Shown here piece by piece: positions 19,966-20,000 of a stretch of DNA of 20,000 nucleotides. This DNA is from Vicugna vicugna (taxonomy: Eukaryota): NCBI GenBank assembly GCA_013265495.1, contig MU058650.1:1389036-1409035 (forward strand), read 5' to 3'. Below the pieces are notes generated by a model. It saw only the letters and a program-made list of their open reading frames with translations. It had not been told where the DNA came from and did not search any database. Position 1 is the stretch's first letter. Each line of letters opens with the position of its first letter. The translations under genes were made by a program, and so were the position numbers.

Positions 19966-20000
19966 AACTCGCTCTTCTATTATTCATTATACACTGTTTT

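Noticed and set aside
1..20000. Prokaryotic-type systems (CRISPR arrays, operons, defence islands) and intronic snoRNA or miRNA genes
   Set aside because: The sequence is mammalian intron/exon DNA. I saw no regularly spaced direct repeats and no convincing C/D or H/ACA box structure; an Rfam/Infernal scan would be needed to exclude small RNAs fully.

Overview
AT-rich mammalian genomic DNA, most likely camelid: it carries a Vic-1-type tRNA-derived SINE and camelid-type L1 3' ends. The whole window lies inside NPAT (nuclear protein, coactivator of histone transcription) on the minus strand. Nine consecutive coding exons (exons 2-10 in human numbering, 869 nt, about codons 13-302, including most of the N-terminal LisH region) splice in frame with canonical AG/GT boundaries; exon 1 and exons 11 onward lie outside the window. 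The introns are full of decayed interspersed repeats (L1, L2, MIR, MLT1, Tigger/MER46C, Tc2-type), named from memory of consensus sequences, not from a RepeatMasker run. The most unusual region is intron 10 (about 1-1760). It holds an open-frame exon-7-like cassette (1636-1753, same splice phases as exon 7), an inverted near-copy of the intron 7/exon 8 junction (732-773) leading into decayed coding-like sequence, and more coding-like sequence at 1-320. Together these suggest a relic alternative branch or partial internal duplication of NPAT, and a possible long-range RNA duplex over the exon 8 acceptor. This interpretation is inference and needs alignment and RNA evidence.
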